From the NCBI GenBank assembly GCA_965644295.1, contig CBFFRP010000384.1:1-9078 (forward strand): a stretch of DNA of 9,078 nucleotides. Reading direction: 5' to 3'. The stretch comes from Paraphysomonas bandaiensis. Lineage: Eukaryota; Protista; Chrysophyceae. A program made the translations under genes and the position numbers. The notes under the pieces are model-generated. The model was given only the letters and a program-made list of their open reading frames with translations, ran no database searches and was not told where the DNA came from. Shown here piece by piece: positions 1-6,994 of this stretch; position 1 is the stretch's first letter; each line of letters starts with the position of its first letter.

Positions 1-99
1 CTCAATCCATTGTTCAACGTTAGTCTCGTTGAACTGAGGAACTACTCCTCTATCCTCCTTCTCTCCTCCTCGCTCGCTACCATGTTGGGAAATGCTCAT
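1..99 (-). CDS. Partial ORF running off the left edge; probable N-terminus of an LTR-retrotransposon (copia-like) Gag
   Basis: Hand translation from ATG at 99 (context aaaATG): MSISQHGSERGGEKEDRGVVPQFNETNVEQWIE, open to base 1. VPQFNETNxxxW resembles the 'P-x-F-x-G-x-N-(Y/F)-x-x-W' start of copia Gag. It lies 28 bp downstream of a candidate LTR end. Only 33 codons are visible. Confidence 0.45.
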   Translation of the reverse strand, partial: MSISQHGSERGGEKEDRGVVPQFNETNVEQWIE

Positions 100-126
100 T
101 TTACTTAGATCAAAGAGAGATTAAGT

Positions 127-284
127 TGTTAGACTAGATAGATTTATTAATATCGTTTACACGAATTGTGTTAAACAACACAAGCTCGTTTTGTGCCATG
201 CATAAATCACTACTTCTGTAGACCTTTCGCTACTAAACATATCTTGAAAGAGCAAACTATTTCAGTTTTCTCAATATCATAACA
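127..284 (-). mobile_element. Candidate 5' LTR (about 158 bp) of the left-edge retroelement
   Basis: Bounded by a perfect terminal inverted repeat TGTTA...TAACA (127-131 and 280-284). There is an AATAAA on the minus strand shortly before the CA end, and the gag-like ATG follows. The partner LTR is outside the window, so boundaries are inferred. Confidence 0.4.
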
Positions 285-493
285 GCATCTACACATCACC
301 ATACTTCACTGTATTCTCGTACATTGTCTTCAAGTACCACATTGAATATACTAGGATACAGTCCATATTCTAATAGGTTTTATTATTTAAATCCACACAT
401 TATTCATTTTATTCTTGCAAGCAATTGTGCTCTGGGGCCAGGTCGCCAGAATATAATAAGATATTCCACATTATTTTGTCGAAAAAATGGGTT

Positions 494-522
494 TAACCCT
501 AACCCCAACCCTAACCCTAACC
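494..522. repeat. Interstitial telomere-like repeat, about 5 x TAACCC (TTAGGG type)
   Basis: taaccc taaccc caaccc taaccc taacc read directly; one variant unit. Confidence 0.85.
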
Positions 523-1359
523 AGAATTGGGGTCAACAAAACACTCATATTATCACCGGACAAATATAAACATTCAATTCAATATTGACAATTATCTTTA
601 TTAGAAATTGATAGTTTTTCGAATGTGATTTGCTATATTTTAGGGAAACAACTTTCGAAAGCAGGTCATCAAGCACTCGTAGTTTGTTCCCTCCTTTTTG
701 TCTGATGTAGAAGATCAGTATGATCTATCATTAAAACAATGCTTAAAGAATATTACTGGAGAATTCAATGACACAGCTAATATGCTGAAAGTGGGAAAAC
801 GGAAACTAGACTGTGTACTCCTGATATTTAAAAATCAAGCATCTAAATGTGCTCATGCAAGGTCTCAATAATATCTCGCTTACATATTATTGTCGTATAC
901 TTGATAATCACGCCCAGTACTTGAACAACCTATCTCCCCTTCCAGTTACTTTTTTCCACATGGCATAGGCAAGTTTCGTTAGTTACGTAAAGTAAAGTAT
1001 AGTTCCTATTGGTTGTGTTTATTATTTATTGGGGTTGGTTTTATAATAATCAAAGATAACTTCCAATAAATAAAGACAGATGCCATTCTCTGCAAAAAAT
1101 AGTTGCATCACAGGTAAACTACACAACTAAGACACAAACAAACATACATATACACCAATCAAATACTAAACTGTAGACACACAATACAACAAGTACACCG
1201 TATAATTCCGATATGGCGGTCAGAGTATTCTTGCTGAATATATATCTCCATATAGGCAACAAAGATAGGAAGAACAATAAAACTAGAATGCTCATTACAC
1301 TACACCAATGCTGTCAGGAGGAAACGGAAATATACCACTTTCAGGGGAATGCTATTGAC

Positions 1360-1822
1360 TAGTTCTCTGCCATTGATCGAAGGAGGGCACAACACTAGTA
1401 GCTGCACCATTCTTGGACGTTTCGAATGTTGCCTTGTTGGTGTTACCACCAGCAGGAAGTGGAGGGGTACCATATTCGGGGGCGTGTTGCGAATGAGTAG
1501 TTCTCTGCCATTGATCGAAGGAGGGTACCACACTAGTAGCTGCACCATTCTTGGACGTTTCGAAAGTTGCCTTGTTGGTGTTACCACCAGCAGGAAGTGG
1601 AGGGGTACCATATTCGGGGGCGTGTTGCGAATGAGTAGTTCTCTGCCATTGATCGAAGGAGGGTACAACACTAGTAGCTGCAACCATTCTTGGACGTTTC
1701 GAAAGTTGCCTTGTTGGTGTTACCACCAGCAGGAAGTGGAGGGGTACCATATTCGGGGGCGTGTTGCGAATGAGTAGTTCTCTGCCACTGATCGAAGGAG
1801 GGTACCACACTAGTAGTTGCAC
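1360..1822. repeat. Coding tandem repeat, 138-bp unit, about 3.3 near-identical copies
   Basis: Unit starts (tagttctctgcc) at 1360, 1498, 1636 and 1775. The copy starting at 1636 is 139 bp owing to an extra A at 1682/1683. The minus strand encodes AATSVVPSFDQWQRTTHSQHAPEYGTPPLPAGGNTNKATFETSKNG. Confidence 0.97.
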
Positions 1823-3002
1823 TACTCTTTGCATTTCTGAATGTAGATATACTAACATTGGTAATGGGTGCCATACCTGCATTACAGTAACGTCCATTCG
1901 ACTGACTGCAAGTTAGTGCAGGAGTAAGTGGCTTTGAATGTGGTATCGACGTTATGTAGGCATTTGATGGCCATAACCTATTTGATGAACTTAACACAGA
2001 ATTTCTGAATGAAGGAGAAAATACACTAGCAGAAGACTCCCCCGAAACAAAATATGGAATCATAGATCCACTACGAGGCGAAGCAGATGATCGATTATTA
2101 TCCGATACACTGCGAGTGTCTTTATTCGTAACAGACGTTAACGAAAGTGAATTGGATTCAGTATGTGTTTTCTGATCAATAATGACATTGACAACGGCAT
2201 CCTCCATCACTGTCATGACAACTTCAGATACTTCTTTGAGTACAGTTTCTTTGGGTCTGGCCAAAAGCCAATTGATGACAACAGCATCGACACACAGATC
2301 AAGTATACACCAGAAGTTACATGCGTATGCTGCTTGGGTTCCATGTGATAAAGTGTTCATCAAGAAGTTGATAAAGGTAGTACTGAAACTTAGTATCGCG
2401 CCGGTTAAATTTTCCCTGGCGAGTACTTGCACAGTTCTAGAATCATTGGCATAATCAAAGAGTGGAGCTATCAATTGACACAACATTGTTAGGCTTAGTG
2501 ATACATCGTAAGCAATTAAAATGATCGATGCTCTATCTAGGATGCCAATATGACATTGTCCATCCTGATCAATGTAGAACTGAGCCCCCATAATTGCCCA
2601 TATCAATACAAAAGGACTTGGAACCAACAAAGCAATGTTGAATAAATACTGTCGGGAGTGCAGTCTATTCGAGACTGCCTTATAAAATAAACGCCTCGTT
2701 CGATGCACAGCTTCTATCAGAAAAATATAAATCAGTATTTTAATGGACACATAAAGTATGACACATGACCATAACCCAACACGACAATATACATCAGTGT
2801 TTGAATGATACTGCATCGGACTAACAATAACCACTTGTATGACAAATACAAGTGATAAGACCAATACAGCGATTCCAATATGATCAGATAGACGTATATC
2901 ATCCATTTTTCTCATGATTTTAACTCTTTTATAGATTATATACAGTATAAGTATAACTGTAACACCTGCCAGTGCTGTGACTATAATATCAAGCACTGTC
3001 AT
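1671..3002 (-). CDS. 7-transmembrane GPCR-like receptor with long Ser/Thr-rich repeat tail (443 aa as given; 549 aa ending at 1352 if the 1-bp insertion is removed)
   Basis: Seven hydrophobic segments lie at about aa 5-24, 42-61, 76-96, 120-138, 159-181, 199-217 and 225-247. Cys73 at the top of TM3 and Cys150 in ECL2 (DGQCHIG) match the canonical GPCR disulfide. An acidic residue (E97) sits 24 aa after Cys73, at the D/E position of DRY. The motifs YxxxKxxxYxFLxE, DGxCxIG and CxxxCxxD recall, from memory and not from a search, an uncharacterised fungal-type 7TM family. Confidence 0.88.
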   Translation of the reverse strand: MTVLDIIVTALAGVTVILILYIIYKRVKIMRKMDDIRLSDHIGIAVLVLSLVFVIQVVIVSPMQYHSNTDVYCRVGLWSCVILYVSIKILIYIFLIEAVHRTRRLFYKAVSNRLHSRQYLFNIALLVPSPFVLIWAIMGAQFYIDQDGQCHIGILDRASIILIAYDVSLSLTMLCQLIAPLFDYANDSRTVQVLARENLTGAILSFSTTFINFLMNTLSHGTQAAYACNFWCILDLCVDAVVINWLLARPKETVLKEVSEVVMTVMEDAVVNVIIDQKTHTESNSLSLTSVTNKDTRSVSDNNRSSASPRSGSMIPYFVSGESSASVFSPSFRNSVLSSSNRLWPSNAYITSIPHSKPLTPALTCSQSNGRYCNAGMAPITNVSISTFRNAKSSATTSVVPSFDQWQRTTHSQHAPEYGTPPLPAGGNTNKATFETSKNGCSY

Positions 3003-3162
3003 TATTATATCTGATTAAATAAGACTCATGTAGAAGGGGGGGGAAGGAAAGTATAGAGCACAATCCTGACTTATAACGCACCTAATTCCAGAGGTGTTGC
3101 TATAGCCCCCATTGCTCTGTGTACGATATGTGGATTCGTCACTTGTCCATCTGTCCAGGCCA

Positions 3163-3313
3163 CATATGTATGTACTGTACTGTGTATGTATGTATGTATG
3201 TACTGCTATATATATGTACAGTACAATTGAAGGATATAGACAGCAATAGAGTATGGATGGATAATGTACATGTGTACATGTGTACGTGTGTACGTGTACA
3301 TGTATGTGTACAT
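3163..3313. repeat. Low-complexity (TATG)n / TGTACA simple repeats upstream of the 7TM gene
   Basis: A (TATG)n-rich tract spans about 3163-3225. Bases 3264-3313 are 50 nt of uninterrupted purine/pyrimidine alternation. Confidence 0.9.
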
Positions 3314-3543
3314 CCAAACAGCACACCCTCTTCAACGAAGGGACGCTGTCACAGCCATATTTGCTTCATTTGATAAAAAGTCACAGATTAAACTGATTAT
3401 GTACATTTCTTATGTTTAAACTAAAATCACACTTTTCTCTTAAAGCAAAGCCACTGCTAGGGGTGGAGAGGGATGATGAAACAAAATGCCTCAGAAATCC
3501 TTCCACTAACTTATTCCCAAATAAATTAGTATTCGCAAATAAA

Positions 3544-4005
3544 TCAAAACTTACCAGCACGGCGACGATACACCTTGAAAAGTCCTCCCACTGTTCCTCC
3601 AAAAAGAGCGACCCCACTGGCCCACTTATCCCAGCGAAAATATGTGTGATAATAAACCTGATTGAGAAAAGTAAGACCCTTGTACACCTCATTGTCTGCC
3701 CAGGCGGAATAATGGCCAACAACTCTTTCAACAACTTTAATGGGTTTGGGATCCATCGTATTATTTAATATTTCACCGATAACCTGAGATGATGCTTTTG
3801 ATTCAACTGCATTGCGTACATTGGACAAATCTTGAATATGATCGCATCTTGAGGTTTCCGCTAACTCATGAATTAATGTTTCTGCAGGAGCTCCCGCTTC
3901 AATACAGCACAGTATATTCCAATATATCATCTGACATTTGTCTGGATTTTTTTCCGGTGGAGAATTAGGGAATGAGGAATTAACTGTATTATTTAATGCT
4001 GACAT
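3544..4005 (-). CDS. Hypothetical 153-aa protein, possibly C-terminally membrane-anchored
   Basis: ATG-initiated ORF with protein-like composition, preceded by AT-rich DNA. It ends with an uncharged Gly-rich segment (WASGVALFGGTVGGLF) and a basic tail (KVYRRRAGKF). No family recognised. Confidence 0.55.
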   Translation of the reverse strand: MSALNNTVNSSFPNSPPEKNPDKCQMIYWNILCCIEAGAPAETLIHELAETSRCDHIQDLSNVRNAVESKASSQVIGEILNNTMDPKPIKVVERVVGHYSAWADNEVYKGLTFLNQVYYHTYFRWDKWASGVALFGGTVGGLFKVYRRRAGKF

Positions 4006-4304
4006 TTACTTTGACAAGGTTAATCGAAGCTGCAAATTGTTATAATTAAATTATTTATTGTGGTACCATCTGGCTGTGATTGAAACAACAAACGCGAATC
4101 AATACTGATTGCACAGCCGGATGTACAGCGGTATGTATACAGTGGTATTATCAGGACTTTTTACTGTTTTCTGCAGTAGAAATCAGGGATATTTAGAGTT
4201 TTGGTCATGTAAATATACACTGTATTTACAGTACATACTGTACTTTTATGCTCACATCAAATGGGAAGTATGCATGAGTTGAGTCAGCCATATTTGACGA
4301 AAAA

Positions 4305-4436
4305 AACTCACAAAAAACCTACTCCCTGCTGACCTACCTCACATTTTTTTTTCAAAACCTACCTCACGATTTTGTGAGGTGAGGTTAGTTTTCCCACCTG
4401 TGAGGTTGGGAAAAGTGACCTCACAGTTTGACCTAC
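4305..4436. repeat. Dense array of ACCTCAC/GTGAGGT and ACCTAC motifs in both orientations
   Basis: ACCTCAC at 4336, 4361 and 4418; GTGAGGT at 4374, 4379 and 4400; ACCTAC at 4317, 4332, 4357 and 4431. Inverted repeats span 4361-4380 and 4389-4414. Confidence 0.8.
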
Positions 4437-4896
4437 CGATTTTCATTCCAACACATAGAGAGCCACTATAACCATCTATATATGATTATAGCATCACTAA
4501 CCGTGACAAATAGTAATAGCGAAGACTTGGAAACCCTCTTGTGGGATAATACTGAGTCTGATTGTGATTATTGTGACACAACCTGGTGAGATACTGGACG
4601 ATTTTCCAGATAAAAGCTTCCTATATCTTTTACATTCAAGATAGCGTTTGTTTGGAGTAAGAACAGCAGTAAGAAATTTTTACCTGATAGAAAAGCTTGG
4701 GAAGAGTGCTTTCTCCATGGCGCCTTATCGAAACTTGGAGTGATAATATCTAGAGGTCACAACATCTTGAACTTCTTTCGTGGGTAGCTCAACCACCCAA
4801 AGTCTGCATGGAAAGTTTAAATTAAATCTAATATCATACTCACATATGCTCACTGGATCCGTTTCTCTATCAAAAAGCACTTCGCAGAGAATTAAT

Positions 4897-4983
4897 ATTA
4901 ACGAGGAAGTCCTCTAACCCTGATTAGATTTGCAAGAGATTAACGAGGAAGTCCTCTAACCCTGATTAGATTTGCAAGAGATT
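4897..4983. repeat. Perfect 42-bp tandem duplication
   Basis: attaacgaggaagtcctctaaccctgattagatttgcaagag occurs at 4897 and 4939, followed by att. Confidence 0.95.
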
Positions 4984-6693
4984 CCAGCGTACATAGGGAT
5001 GTCCTTCACAGCTTGTTCTTGAATCTGGGTTTCGGCATATAACGTCCAGTATCAAATTTGATGACACCACATCCAAGCCACTATGACTTCAGTTAATACT
5101 CAAAGCCAAGAGAAACCGAGGCGTACTGTATAGTCACAGTATCGTCAACACGGAGACTAGGCCTCTTATTTTCCTCATATTTGTGTCCGCTGTTGTGTAT
5201 CCATGTATTATCTATGCAATTGAAGACGTACTTTTTAAAATACTGTTTAAACGTATAAACTCTCAACTTTACGAGGTTCGGCCTTTCCTCATTAAGTGCT
5301 TGAACAGGATTGTTCACATGAATAATGTATTAATCACAGTTTACGTGATGAAATCGTGTTTATCACTACACCATATAGTAGTTACTCTGTCATGCTATAA
5401 AACTCGGAGCACTTCGACAATCAATAACTACTTCTTTCATTATCCTTCTAATTCCTGTAGCACTACCGCAGCAAATATAAGAGTAAAAATAATGACCACT
5501 ACTATAGTTCGATATACAATTCAAAAGAATTGGCTCCTAAGAAAACAGGATATTATATGTTTTAGTAATAACCACTATCGAGTTATTCTATGCTATGAGC
5601 TCTCTATTTGTGTATTCGTATTTCGTATATTCTTATGCTTGAATGGATACAATTATGATGAGTATCAACTCTCTATGAATCAAGATCTACTGAATAACAT
5701 GACTATGAGGAAAATACAGTAATGCTATCGTATCAGTTTCGGATATCATGGTATCCACGGTCCGCGGTGGTTGGGGTTGATGTGTTGACCATTGACCAAG
5801 TTTGGACACAATGGACTGTTAGTTATATCAATTTGTAATCGAATAGTCGAATAGTGCAATTAGGATTTTACTGCTAGATACATACAGGTACATATCAATG
5901 TACATAGTATAATGTGCAGTAGTATGATTGTGCGTCATTAGGGTCTTATATGATATATGATACCGCGAGCTCTGCCATACACACAGATATGTATATATAT
6001 TATACATTTACTACATACTATGCTGTACATTAACATAATTCTCTGCCCTACGATGGCAAATACAGTCCAACATAAAGTTTCACCCTATTAACCAGCTCCA
6101 AGCCCAATGTCTCTATTGAGACCGTGGCTGAGTCACATCAGTGTGCCCAGGGCCTTTTACACTCCCTTACTGCTGCATTTTGTTGACCACCACGCTTCCG
6201 ACAAATTACCTGTCACACCATGTTGTACACGCTCCAAGCCCCCCTGCCTGGCCTTGCAACCTTCACCCTACTCAACTACTTCAGTTAAACAACGTGCCTG
6301 CACCAATGCAGCGCTGACCGCATGCATATGCTATCACCTAAGGAGACACCTTCGTCTCCTACACGGTTCTCTACGGATACAACCACTTACAGTATGGCTC
6401 GTGCGAGCAGATCCACGCAAACGGCCCCCATGTACCTTCTCTGCAACCCCTGTCTCCTCTCGACACCTCTCCACTGCACAACAGGGCCGTCTCCTGACGA
6501 CAACCCAGCCCAACCCAACATGGTTTGTCTGTGGTCCATCCACCCAGCAGGCTACCCCCTCACCCTGTTCACCTATCACCCCCACAGCCCATCCATCTCA
6601 TTGGATAGACACTGTATTCCGCATACGGTATACTCGACTACTGTACTACTGTGTCCTACAGGATGTATACCATTCCGTGTATACCTCTACTGC

Positions 6694-6994
6694 TGTTGGA
6701 CACATCGCAGAGAAAAATACGGTACTCGGTCGAATGATACGGATGTTACTAATCAATAAACGGACGGAATACCCCCGTTGCTTTTACACAGTCTACACTA
6801 CAGGTAGTCAAAGCAAGGTTCTCTTTATAGTTACTACAGAACTTCTCAGTAAGAGGAAATTATGCCTCTATTCTACAGCCGTACACTACACACTGCATAA
6901 TATAACACCATACACCTCTATGTGCCCTATGCATATCTTATACAGTCACTTCAAGTACTAAACTGAAAAGAACATCCTCTCATTCCTCTACGCA
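6694..6994 (-). repeat. Candidate 3' LTR (about 301 bp)
   Basis: On the minus strand the pol stop (7009) is followed by AGGGG (6999-6995, short PPT-like) and then TGCGTAG... The segment ends ...CCAACA at 6694 and contains a TATA-like CTATAAAG near 6823-6830. No second LTR is present to confirm it. Confidence 0.45.

Noticed and set aside
324-569. 81-aa ORF with NPNPNP
   Set aside because: It has a non-ATG start, and the NP run is just the translated telomeric repeat.
1360-1822. CRISPR-like or RT-associated repeat array (repeats plus a reverse transcriptase in one window)
   Set aside because: Units are contiguous with no unique spacers and are in-frame coding. The RT is an ordinary copia enzyme 5 kb away, with no DGR template/variable repeat pair or retron-like RNA.
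1300-1897. ORFs 1300-1683, 1349-1777 and 1352-1897 as separate genes
   Set aside because: They are shadows of a stop-poor repeat. The 3' part of 1352-1897 is the frameshifted continuation of the 7TM gene.
3015-3373. Three short overlapping ORFs
   Set aside because: These are translations of TATG/TGTACA simple repeats (H/V/Y/C/T-biased).
3381-3768. ORFs 3381-3734 (-) and 3412-3768 (+)
   Set aside because: They overlap the better 3544-4005 ORF and have no recognisable features.
5183-5722. 179-aa plus-strand ORF
   Set aside because: It has a non-ATG start, I/Y/C/N-rich composition typical of AT-rich non-coding DNA, and no motif.
127-6994. The two LTR candidates as a matched pair transducing the receptor gene
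   Set aside because: No sequence similarity between 127-284 and 6694-6994 was visible, and their termini differ.
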